IMG/VR virus record: IMGVR_UViG_3300037474_000136
Coordinates: 1 to 42,817 of that record
Direction: 5' to 3' (one strand)
DNA: 42,817 bases
Source: a virus
Lineage: Duplodnaviria; Caudoviricetes
The notes below the pieces were generated by a model. The model did not search any database. It saw only the letters and a list, made by a program, of their open reading frames with translations, and had not been told where the DNA came from. A program made the position numbers and the translations under genes. This document shows, piece by piece, positions 35,075 through 42,817 of the stretch (its first letter is position 1; every line of letters begins with the position of its first letter).

Positions 35075-36003
35075 CGACGACCCACACCCCGACCCGCAAC
35101 CTCCGCAGTACCCTCCCACCTCCGCCCGCACTCCCGAGCGCCATTCCCCCGACCCCCAAGGGTTCCCGCACCCTACGGCGGCGCTTCCCGTTGCCGGACG
35201 GTGGCAGCGTCACCCTAACCATGTCGGACGAGGCGACCATCGGCACGGCCCCGCAGGCGCGGTACCGGCTGACGCACCACCCCAAGGACGTGCGGCACGG
35301 GAAGGTCATCTTCGAAGGGTCGGTCGCGCGCGAGCCCGACCCCGAGGACACGGCCGTGTCGCTGCTCCGGGGCCTGACGGTGCAGCCCGGGGAGGCGGGG
35401 GACGACCGGCTGGGGTCCTACTCGCCGGCCCAGCTCGACTGGTGCATGCATTACGCGCACGACCTGCGCGCGGCCGTGGCGGCCCGCCTGGGCTGGAGCG
35501 ACGCGAGCGAGGCGACCATCCGGGCGGAGCTGGACGTGGTGTCCGAAGTCCGCGCGGAGCTGCGCGCGGGCGCACGGTACCGGCTGCGGCTGGGCGTCGT
35601 CGAGGTGTCGGCCCACACCCAGCGCGAGGCCAAGGCTACCCTGGCTGCGGCTATCGGCGCGCAGTGCGCCACCACCCCCGCCGTGCGCGTCGGCTCGACC
35701 ACCTCCGACGTGTACGTGATGTACCCGCTTGGGCTGGAGTACGTCGTGCAGCTGGTCCACCCGCGCCGGCCCGAGCAACCGCTGGGCGTGGCGGCCCGCT
35801 ACCGGGCGGCGAGTCTGCCCGAGGCCCTGTCCACGCTGGAGGACACGGTACGTCGGCGCGAGCAGGCCGCGGTACGCGCGCGCAGCGGCGCGACCCCACC
35901 CCCGGCCACGGCCCTGGCTCCGAAGCCGAGCAAGCGGCCCACGGCTCGGGCGGCGACCCCGAGCGGACGCCCGCGCGTGTCGGCGGCTGGGCGGGTGGCG
36001 TAG
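35071..36003 (+). CDS. Hypothetical protein (310 aa)
   Basis: AAGGA RBS; ATGA overlap. Confidence 0.65.
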   Translation: MTTTHTPTRNLRSTLPPPPALPSAIPPTPKGSRTLRRRFPLPDGGSVTLTMSDEATIGTAPQARYRLTHHPKDVRHGKVIFEGSVAREPDPEDTAVSLLRGLTVQPGEAGDDRLGSYSPAQLDWCMHYAHDLRAAVAARLGWSDASEATIRAELDVVSEVRAELRAGARYRLRLGVVEVSAHTQREAKATLAAAIGAQCATTPAVRVGSTTSDVYVMYPLGLEYVVQLVHPRRPEQPLGVAARYRAASLPEALSTLEDTVRRREQAAVRARSGATPPPATALAPKPSKRPTARAATPSGRPRVSAAGRVA

Positions 36004-36266
36004 TGCAGTGGCGGCGTGTGTCCTCCGATGAGTGGGAGGCCCGCTACGGCAGTTTCATCTGTCGGCTGCTGCGCGATTCGGTGGACCGGCGCTGGCGCGT
36101 CCTGTACGAGTGCCACGTACAAACGCGGCTGCCGGTCACGCTGAAGGCCCTGCCCGAGGCCATCCGCATTGGCGCGCGCGTCGCGCGGCTCGAACTGAAT
36201 GCGGCCCTGCAGGCGCTCGACACCGAACCCATCAGCGACCCGTCGCGACACCCGCACGAGTGGTAG
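36003..36266 (+). CDS. Hypothetical protein (87 aa)
   Basis: TAGTG stop/start overlap. Confidence 0.55.
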   Translation: MQWRRVSSDEWEARYGSFICRLLRDSVDRRWRVLYECHVQTRLPVTLKALPEAIRIGARVARLELNAALQALDTEPISDPSRHPHEW

Positions 36267-36304
36267 TGGGCTGACGAGCCCCGGGGGCGGCGCGGCCCCC
36301 GGGC

Positions 36305-36982
36305 ATGGCCCCGAAGCCCTCTGCCCATTCCCGCCCCACCCTACTGGCCCTGGCTGCGCTGCTGCTCGGCGCGTGTGCCGTGCCGACGCCGCCCGTGCTG
36401 CGGCGCCCCGACTCCGCGCCCGGCGTGCCCGAGTCGGTCCTGAACTCGGTCATCGTATACGGCAGCGCGAACGCCATGTGCAGCGCCGTGGTCGTGGGTC
36501 CGCACCAGGTCATGACCGCGCGACACTGTGTCGAGGCCGTGGGCGACGACCCGGCCGCGTACACCGTGGCCTTGGACGGCACCCTGCGACTGCCCGAGTC
36601 GGTCGAGGTGTCGCCGTTCGAGGACATGGCGCTGCTGACCACCGGCGAGCCGGCGTTCGCGCGCTGGGCTGAGCTGGGCCAGGCTGAGCTGCCGGCGGGC
36701 GTGGAGGGCTGGGTGGCTGGCTACGGCTGCCCGCTCGGCTCCGGCGTGTTCGAGCTGGCCGTGCGGCCCGTGCACTATGTGCGTCGTCAGGCGTCCCTAG
36801 AGCCGGACTTGCTCATCGAGGACAAGTGGCGCGGGCGCATCTGCCACGGCGACAGCGGCGGCGGCACGTTCGACGACGCGGGCCTGCTGGTCGGCATCAA
36901 CTACGCCATGGGCACGGGCGAGTTTAACAGCGGCATGATGTACACGGTGCCGCCCCGCCTCGGACTCGAGCCCAGTCCGTAG
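36305..36982 (+). CDS. Trypsin-like (S1) serine protease lipoprotein
   Basis: Signal peptide with lipobox LGAC; triad motifs TARHC, DMAL and CHGDSGG. Confidence 0.85.
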   Translation: MAPKPSAHSRPTLLALAALLLGACAVPTPPVLRRPDSAPGVPESVLNSVIVYGSANAMCSAVVVGPHQVMTARHCVEAVGDDPAAYTVALDGTLRLPESVEVSPFEDMALLTTGEPAFARWAELGQAELPAGVEGWVAGYGCPLGSGVFELAVRPVHYVRRQASLEPDLLIEDKWRGRICHGDSGGGTFDDAGLLVGINYAMGTGEFNSGMMYTVPPRLGLEPSP

Positions 36983-36991
36983 GGGCCACCC

Positions 36992-38563
36992 ATGGCCACC
37001 AAGCGCCGAGTAGTCACGTCGGCCGCACCCGCGGCTCCCGGCGGGCCCACCCTGGACCCCGTGCTGCAGGCCGCGCGCGAGGCGGTGGCCGAGGAAATCG
37101 TCCGCCGGCAGCGCCTGCCGCGCGCCATCGCGTCGCTCGAGGCGAGCCTGTTCCCGAAGCAGCGCGCGTTCGTCGAGAGCAAGGCCAAGCGCGTGGTGGC
37201 CAACAGTGGTCGCCGGTCCGGCAAGACGTTCGGGCTGGGCGCGCGCATCCTGCGGGTCGCGGAGCGGTACCCCAACACCACCATTCCCGTGTTCGAGCGG
37301 ACCCAGACGTGCGAAGCCGCGCGCGTGCTGTGGAAGACGCTGCAGGAGCTGGACGCCAAGTTCAACCTCGGGGCGACCTTCCACCATTCCCGCTTCATCA
37401 TGCGGCTGGCCAACGGCGCCGAGGTCGTGCTCATGTCGGCCGACACGCTCGAGGCGTGCGACAAGGCGCGCGGCGGTCGCTACCCCGCGGCGTTCGTCGA
37501 CGAGGCCGGCACCCTGCGCAGCCACGTGCTCGAGTACCTGGTCACGGACGTGCTGGAGGCGGCCCTGCTCGACTACCAGGGCTCGCTGACCATCACGGGC
37601 ACCCCGACCCCGCGCCGGCAGGGCACGTTCTTCGAGCTGTGCAACAACGCCGAGTGGGACCGACACTGCTGGGACTTCCGCGATAACCCCACGATTCCCC
37701 TTGAGGTGCCGCCCGCGCAGCGTGCAGCCGCCAACCTGGAGTACTTCGCGGCGTACCTGGCCCGCCACGGGTTTACGGAGCAGTCGCCCCGAGTCCAGCG
37801 GGAATGGTTTGGCCAGTGGGTCGACGACAACACGAGCCTAGTCTACCGGCTGGGCGGGCACAACTACCGGCCGGACAGCGTGGGGGAACCCCCCGATTTC
37901 CGTGCACCGGGGTGGTACTTCACGGTCGGCATGGACGTGGGCTGGAACGACCCGTGCGCGTTCGTGGTGGTTGCCTGGCGCAGGGACCAACCGGAAATGT
38001 GGGTGGTCGAGTCGTTCGAGTACCCGGAGCTGCTGCCCGACCAGGTGGCCGCGCATCTGGAACGCCTGCGCCTGCGGTACCCGAGCTGCGGCATCGTCAT
38101 GGATGCGGGCGGGCACGGCGGCAAAATCATCGAGCAGTCGCTGGCGCAGCGCTACGGCATCCGCGCGGTGGCGGCCAAGAAGCGCGGCAAGTTCGACCAC
38201 ATCGCGTTCCTGAACAGCGACTTGGCCAGCGGGCGGCTGAAGCTGCTGCTGACCACCAACCGGGAACTCATCGCGGACCTGCTCACGCTGCGGTACGCGC
38301 CGCCATCGGCGGACGGGCTCGTGCCCGACGAGGAGCACCCCGGCGACGACAACCACCTGCCCGACGCGATGCTCTACGCGTGCACGTACATCACGGGTGT
38401 GCGTCGCGGGTTCGGCGAGGCGGCGGCCCCGGAGCGCGGCAGCGCGGCGTGGGCGCGCGCGTACGAGGAACGGCTGCTCGAGGCCGACGCGAAACGGCAC
38501 AGCCCCGGCCCCCAGGAACGCAGCACGTCCGAGGCGGCCGAGGCCATGCTGGGCTGGAACTAG
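36992..38563 (+). CDS. terL: Terminase large subunit
   Basis: Q motif FPKQ, Walker A GRRSGKT, Walker B FVDEAG, GTP coupling motif, nuclease GMDVGWNDP and HLPDAMLY. Confidence 0.92.
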   Translation: MATKRRVVTSAAPAAPGGPTLDPVLQAAREAVAEEIVRRQRLPRAIASLEASLFPKQRAFVESKAKRVVANSGRRSGKTFGLGARILRVAERYPNTTIPVFERTQTCEAARVLWKTLQELDAKFNLGATFHHSRFIMRLANGAEVVLMSADTLEACDKARGGRYPAAFVDEAGTLRSHVLEYLVTDVLEAALLDYQGSLTITGTPTPRRQGTFFELCNNAEWDRHCWDFRDNPTIPLEVPPAQRAAANLEYFAAYLARHGFTEQSPRVQREWFGQWVDDNTSLVYRLGGHNYRPDSVGEPPDFRAPGWYFTVGMDVGWNDPCAFVVVAWRRDQPEMWVVESFEYPELLPDQVAAHLERLRLRYPSCGIVMDAGGHGGKIIEQSLAQRYGIRAVAAKKRGKFDHIAFLNSDLASGRLKLLLTTNRELIADLLTLRYAPPSADGLVPDEEHPGDDNHLPDAMLYACTYITGVRRGFGEAAAPERGSAAWARAYEERLLEADAKRHSPGPQERSTSEAAEAMLGWN

Positions 38564-39195
38564 GGTACGCCGGCCGGCAGCTCGCCGGTCATCGCCCAGT
38601 GCGCGGCGTGCACGAGTGACGGGAAGTCGTTTGGGTGTCGTCCCTCGGGGTCTCCAAATATGTTGACGCGGGTCACGTGCCCGTCCGCGGTGGACACGTA
38701 GTGTGCCATACCCGCAAACCCGTGTGGGTTCTCGAACGTCCAATGCCCAGCGCGTAACTCCCGCCAACCCATGGCCAGGAGCATTCCCGCCTCGACGGAG
38801 TCAACGTCCCGGGCACCGTCGGTAGGGAGCCCGTAGGTGCGGACAGTGTCGTTCTTTAGTACAGCCACAATGCGGCCCGAGGTCGTACGGATGTAGCGCT
38901 CCACCTGGTTCTTCAGGCATGGTTCGGTCTGCTCCCAGCCCGGCGGCACGAGCCCGCCCGGCAGGCTGCACGGGAACCGGCGCACTCCAGGCTGCGCATC
39001 GTTCCACGACTCACGCCGCGCGTGCGGCGGTAGGCAGCTACACACGCTGTACCCGCAGCCGCGACAGGCGCGGTCGTCTACCTCGCGCAACGCCGTCCCA
39101 CCAACCACTGTCCGAAGCGCCGCCGGCTCGTCGTGCTTCCAGTCGTGCGAGGCCCGACGCCGCATCAGGGCCTTGACTGGGTCGTGGTGGCTCAT
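38560..39195 (-). CDS. Hypothetical protein with CxxC..CxC
   Basis: 211 aa; ATGA overlap; shares a CTAG stop with terL. Confidence 0.55.
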   Translation of the reverse strand: MSHHDPVKALMRRRASHDWKHDEPAALRTVVGGTALREVDDRACRGCGYSVCSCLPPHARRESWNDAQPGVRRFPCSLPGGLVPPGWEQTEPCLKNQVERYIRTTSGRIVAVLKNDTVRTYGLPTDGARDVDSVEAGMLLAMGWRELRAGHWTFENPHGFAGMAHYVSTADGHVTRVNIFGDPEGRHPNDFPSLVHAAHWAMTGELPAGVP

Positions 39196-39575
39196 GAGCG
39201 ACCCGCCTTGCGCTTCGGCGGCTCGACCAGTCGGGTGTCCAGGCCGTGCGCCTTCGCCACCTGATAGAGCCGCGCCCGGAACTTGTCGGTGATGGCGTCG
39301 TCGTGCGCGTTCAGCAGCTCCTCGACCAACGGACTCAGCCCGAGGTTCTTATTCTCCAGCGCATCGCGCAGCGTGTTGTTGCCGAAGTCGTTCACCCGCA
39401 CGGACTTCGGGAACAGGCACGCCACGGCGCAGCGCTTGCCGTTGCTCATTTCGTTGACGCACATGCCTGCTTCGTATGCTCGCGCCCGCTGGCGCTTCAG
39501 GTGCCGCGCCACGCGGTCGAACGCCTGCTGCTTGGTCAACTTCGGGGTCAGCTTCAACAACTCCTCGTACGTCAC
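39192..39575 (-). CDS. Hypothetical phage protein
   Basis: Q.AFD.V..HL..Q...C.....G.RCAV.CL pattern; GGAGG RBS then GTG. Confidence 0.65.
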   Translation of the reverse strand: MTYEELLKLTPKLTKQQAFDRVARHLKRQRARAYEAGMCVNEMSNGKRCAVACLFPKSVRVNDFGNNTLRDALENKNLGLSPLVEELLNAHDDAITDKFRARLYQVAKAHGLDTRLVEPPKRKAGRS

Positions 39576-40144
39576 GTCGCTACCTCCCGGAGCAACGCCG
39601 AGTCGGCGCCGCCCACTGCCGTTCCGCCACCATGCCCACCCACCGTCCACACGACGATGGGTCTCACCTGTGTAACACCAGTCCAGCGCATGCGCAAGAC
39701 GCGAAGGCCATAATCGTGCACGGCGTAGTGCGCCGCCTCGGCCACGCGTTCGATGAAGCCCTCGCTTGGGATTTCCGCCCAGTCCGACGCGAGCACCGCG
39801 TGCGCCAGCTCGCCGCTGCAGGCGTCGTGCAGCACTTCCTTGGCGTCGTGGCACGCCGTCTGGAAGCGTTCAACGTCCGCCACTTCCCACACCACCACGG
39901 CGCTGGCCGCTACGTTGTAGCCGTCGCGCGTCACGAGCGGCAGCGGCCCAATGTCCGTGCTGCGCGGTAGGACGTCCACGTGCCACACCGTGTCGATGAC
40001 GGGCACGGTGAGGTACCACCCAGGCTCGAGCACCCGCAGCAGCTGCCCGCCCCGCACATGGATGGCGCCCTGCCACGGGTTGACGATGGTCCAGAACAGG
40101 CAGGACTTCAGGAACTCGACGAACGCGGGAAGTAGCTCGCTCAT
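39572..40144 (-). CDS. SPFH/Band 7 domain membrane protein
   Basis: V.PWQ.AI..R.G...RVLEPGWY...PVID....TRDG..V..SAVV.W.V.D. Confidence 0.8.
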   Translation of the reverse strand: MSELLPAFVEFLKSCLFWTIVNPWQGAIHVRGGQLLRVLEPGWYLTVPVIDTVWHVDVLPRSTDIGPLPLVTRDGYNVAASAVVVWEVADVERFQTACHDAKEVLHDACSGELAHAVLASDWAEIPSEGFIERVAEAAHYAVHDYGLRVLRMRWTGVTQVRPIVVWTVGGHGGGTAVGGADSALLREVAT

Positions 40145-40575
40145 GGATGCCCGCAGCTGCCGAGGTGATACAGGATGGGCAGCGTGACCCACAGCACGAG
40201 CAGGGCGAGCAGCCACAGCGGCGTCTCGCCCGCCTGGGAGCGGCCCTCCTTGGCCTTGCGCAGCGCCTCGCGCCGGCCCATGGCCGCGAGCGCGACCACG
40301 GTCACGTCGCGCTTGCTTAGCAACCCCTTGTCGCGCATGCGCCGAGCCTGCTGCTCGAGGCCGTACGACAGCGCGACCTCGGCGTGCGGACCCTTGTACG
40401 CCTCACCCTTGCGGTGGCGCAGGAGGGCGGCCAGCACGCGCCCGAGCAGCCGTGCGTTGGACTGCTCGCGCCGCAACGCGAACCGGGCACGCTTGGTGCC
40501 GAGCGGTTCGACCAGGAGCTGGCGGCCTCGTTCACCGGGCAGCCCCGGCCGGCGGAGTCGGATGCGGCGGGTCAC
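40141..40575 (-). CDS. Basic protein with a C-terminal TM helix
   Basis: WLLALLVLWVTLPILYHL; overlaps both neighbours. Confidence 0.55.
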   Translation of the reverse strand: MTRRIRLRRPGLPGERGRQLLVEPLGTKRARFALRREQSNARLLGRVLAALLRHRKGEAYKGPHAEVALSYGLEQQARRMRDKGLLSKRDVTVVALAAMGRREALRKAKEGRSQAGETPLWLLALLVLWVTLPILYHLGSCGHP

Positions 40576-41006
40576 GCCAGGTCTCCCGCGTGCTTCGGCA
40601 GGCGCAGCTTGGGGAGGCGCTTACGAATCTGGTGCGCAGTCAAGCTGTAGTGGTCCTCGGCTGCCAGGAGCTGAGCGGCCCGCGAGTTGGGCGGGAACGA
40701 GACACCCGACGTGTGAATGTAGACGCTGCTGACCAGCCAGCGCATCCAGTCGGCTCGGTGGGTGCCCAACCACCACTCGGACATGGACTTGGCTCCGACC
40801 GCAAGTCTACCTTCGTAGCAAGCGCCGAGGCGCCCGAGCAGGCGCTGGAACCGCGTGTTCGGGAAGTAGCCGAGCAACTCACCGTAGGGGTGTTCGTCGC
40901 TCCACCACTTCAGCTCCAACACCTCGGCCACGGCGTCATCCTTCGGCCGCTGCTGTGTGCACACCCGCTTGGCCCGGGCCCGAAACTTACGCTCGAACGA
41001 AGACAT
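40572..41006 (-). CDS. Hypothetical protein
   Basis: L.RLGAC.EG...W....R.DWM.WL motif; GAGG RBS. The start may instead be 41024. Confidence 0.6.
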   Translation of the reverse strand: MSSFERKFRARAKRVCTQQRPKDDAVAEVLELKWWSDEHPYGELLGYFPNTRFQRLLGRLGACYEGRLAVGAKSMSEWWLGTHRADWMRWLVSSVYIHTSGVSFPPNSRAAQLLAAEDHYSLTAHQIRKRLPKLRLPKHAGDLA

Positions 41007-41074
41007 CTCACGCACCTCACCCATCACGCACCTCCTCACGCCCGCCTCGGGGCGAACTCCTCGAATGCCGAACG

Positions 41075-41521
41075 TCACACCCACCGCCACGTTCGTCCAT
41101 GAACAATGGGGTACACCGTGTTGTGTGTCAAACCAAGGTGTCGCGCAATCGTGTTGACTTTGTGGCCCAACACGCTGAGCGTTCGTGCGATGCACACCTG
41201 GTCCAACGAAGCAACCACCTTGGCGTCGCGCCAGCGCAGCTGCATATCCTTCAGGTTTTGGGCTTGAGTACCCAACCGTAAGTGTGCGGGGTTGCAGCAG
41301 CGGCGGTAGTCGCAGGTGTGCCGGACCACCATGCCGTGGTGCCCGGTACCAGCGGGAATGGGTCCGACCGCCAGTTGGTACGCGAGCCGGTGGGTGGCTA
41401 GCTGCCGGCGGCCGTAGCGAATCTGCCCGTATCCATCGCGGCGAACGCTGAGCTTCCAAGGCCAGCACTCATCTGGGCCGCGCCGTTCGACGTGGGACCA
41501 GAAGCGGTCAGCGAGGTCCAC
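41075..41521 (-). CDS. HNH homing endonuclease with a C-terminal HTH
   Basis: RFWSHV..DECWPW..DGYGQ..THRLAY..HTCD.RRCCNPAHL..GT..N..D, followed by IARHLGLT...I.HGRTW. Confidence 0.9.
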   Translation of the reverse strand: MDLADRFWSHVERRGPDECWPWKLSVRRDGYGQIRYGRRQLATHRLAYQLAVGPIPAGTGHHGMVVRHTCDYRRCCNPAHLRLGTQAQNLKDMQLRWRDAKVVASLDQVCIARTLSVLGHKVNTIARHLGLTHNTVYPIVHGRTWRWV

Positions 41522-42035
41522 GCACACGCTCCGGAGCAAACTCGGCGAACCCAAGGTATGGGCAGAAAAACCATTCATCCGCGAGTGAGCGCACGGGTTC
41601 GTCCCGCTCCAGCATGCGGCGCCAGTCCGGCGTCTCACGCGTGTGCGTCAGCCGCTCGACGTGCGGGTCCTGCCCGCCGATGAACGTCCGCAGCAGCACC
41701 TCGCTGAACCCCAGGTGCACCGACGCGCTGTTCCGCATGCTGCGCCGCACATACAGGTAATGCAGCACGGGGCCCATGTTCGTGTGCTCGCCGCACAGCC
41801 AGCCGTAGCAGAAGTTGGTGTCCGCCGGGTTGGTCGCGAACAGCCACACCATGCCCGGGTCCGCCCAGTACCGCTCGATGAGCGCGTGCTCGTAGGTCGT
41901 GTACACGCGCCGGTCGACGCGGCTCACCATCGGGCCGCGCTCGGCGGACATGAGCCAGTTGTTCGTTATCATTGGCACGAACGCGGGTCGGCGTCCGACC
42001 ATTGCGACCGTTGGTACGGGGTGTTCGGCGGGCAT
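41508..42035 (-). CDS. GNAT-like acetyltransferase
   Basis: GWLCGE....VLHYLYVR..MR....G...LL resembles the acetyl-CoA-binding motif A. Confidence 0.55.
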   Translation of the reverse strand: MPAEHPVPTVAMVGRRPAFVPMITNNWLMSAERGPMVSRVDRRVYTTYEHALIERYWADPGMVWLFATNPADTNFCYGWLCGEHTNMGPVLHYLYVRRSMRNSASVHLGFSEVLLRTFIGGQDPHVERLTHTRETPDWRRMLERDEPVRSLADEWFFCPYLGFAEFAPERVRGPR

Positions 42036-42038
42036 GGC

Positions 42039-42488
42039 CTAGCCCTCCTCGTTGAGCATCGCACGCAGCAGCCGCGGGTCGCCGAGCAGCGCTTCGAGCT
42101 GGGCTCGGTCGAGCTTGTCGAGCTTGCCCTTCTCGCGCATGCTCGCGTTGACCGCCTGCTCGAGTTCGAGCGCCGTCTTCGCCGTGCGGGCCAGCGACTC
42201 GAGGAGTCGGATGTCCGCCGGGCTCAGGCTGTGGCGGCGCAGCTTCAGCGAGTCGAGCCCGCCCTGGAGCAGGCTGCGGATGTCGCCGAGCTGTGCCGCG
42301 ATGGGCGGGATGACCTGCACGGTGGGGAGCGACCCCCGAAACTCCTGGCCCGCCTCGGACGGGTTCGGCGCAGGACCCCCGGACAGGTCCTCCACCATTT
42401 CCGCTTCCGGCTCGGCCAGGCCCTGCTTGGTCGCCATGTAGTGGCTGCCCTCGTCGGAGCCGCCGAAACCCTCGGGGTCGCCCGTCAT
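42039..42488 (-). CDS. Helical protein, candidate terminase small subunit
   Basis: 149 aa, helical C-terminal half; assignment rests on size and context only. Confidence 0.3.
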   Translation of the reverse strand: MTGDPEGFGGSDEGSHYMATKQGLAEPEAEMVEDLSGGPAPNPSEAGQEFRGSLPTVQVIPPIAAQLGDIRSLLQGGLDSLKLRRHSLSPADIRLLESLARTAKTALELEQAVNASMREKGKLDKLDRAQLEALLGDPRLLRAMLNEEG

Positions 42489-42703
42489 TCGCCCAGCTCC
42501 GCGTCCGACGGGTGGGTCTCCAGATTGGACTCGAGCCAGCACGCCGCGGCCCACAGCCCGAGGTAGCCCAGGGTGCCCTCCCACCCCCACGCCACGCCCG
42601 CGCCGGCCGCGCCCACGGCGAACGCGCCGAGCACGAGCAGGCCGGGAAGTAACTCGCGAGCCTTGGCCGCCTGCGACTTCGACATCGGTTTCAGACCCTT
42701 CAT
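42485..42703 (-). CDS. Small two-TM membrane protein
   Basis: 72 aa; GGAGG RBS lies within the terminal repeat; two hydrophobic segments. Confidence 0.6.
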   Translation of the reverse strand: MKGLKPMSKSQAAKARELLPGLLVLGAFAVGAAGAGVAWGWEGTLGYLGLWAAACWLESNLETHPSDAELGE

Positions 42704-42817
42704 GCCTACCTCCTCCACGGGCTCGCTGCCGTGCCCTCGCTCGACTTCAGGTACCCCGCCGGCTCGAACCCTTCGGCCAGCATCGCCTCGGCCCACAGGC
42801 TGCGCGGCTGCTCGCCC
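42691..42817. repeat. Terminal direct repeat, copy 2
   Basis: Exact copy of 1-127 (tcagacccttcatgcc...ctgctcgccc). Confidence 0.95.

Noticed and set aside
36271-36316. Hammerhead-like CTGACGA followed by a stem
   Set aside because: There is no GAAA core after the stem (GAAG, misplaced) and no convincing stems I and III.
42691-42817. 127-bp terminal repeat as a biological DTR
   Set aside because: The length matches an assembler k-mer and the repeat lies inside coding sequence, so it indicates circular assembly only.
1-42817. Full genetic-code reassignment of TAG
   Set aside because: Conserved genes are intact under code 11, many TAGs are clearly terminal, and no suppressor tRNA or release factor was seen.
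1-42817. Prophage or temperate module, or a diversity-generating retroelement
   Set aside because: I recognised no integrase, CI-like repressor, partition genes, reverse transcriptase or TR/VR pair.

Overview
The window looks like one complete, circularly assembled genome of a very GC-rich tailed phage. It has 42,690 bp of unique sequence, because bases 1-127 are repeated exactly at 42691-42817. The virion appears podovirus-like: portal, scaffold, major capsid, adaptor, several small fibre-like proteins, a nozzle-sized tail protein and four Ala/Gln-rich ejection-type proteins, with no tape measure or sheath recognised. There are four transcription blocks. (i) Minus strand 3503->1 and 42817->38560: DnaB-like helicase, RuvC-like resolvase, HTH protein, GNAT-like protein, HNH and SPFH. 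(ii) Plus strand 3775-12607: endonuclease VII, YqaJ exonuclease, ERF, putative SSB, DUF5664-type dNTP diphosphohydrolase, metallophosphoesterase, family A DNA polymerase, HNH, HAD nucleotidase and a PD-(D/E)xK nuclease. (iii) Minus strand 31057->12604: virion and lysis genes. (iv) Plus strand 32072-38563: small early-type genes, a trypsin-like lipoprotein and the terminase large subunit. I recognised no integrase, repressor, primase, RNA polymerase, tRNA or CRISPR array. The most unusual signals are: a Cys4 zinc-ribbon-like insertion in the polymerase thumb at the T7 thioredoxin-binding-domain position; late genes chained in frame across amber stops; two highly structured intergenic RNAs; a palindrome cluster flanked by twin divergent promoters; TerL inverted and separated from the portal; and apparent absence of GATC. 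All calls come from manual motif reading, with no database searches.
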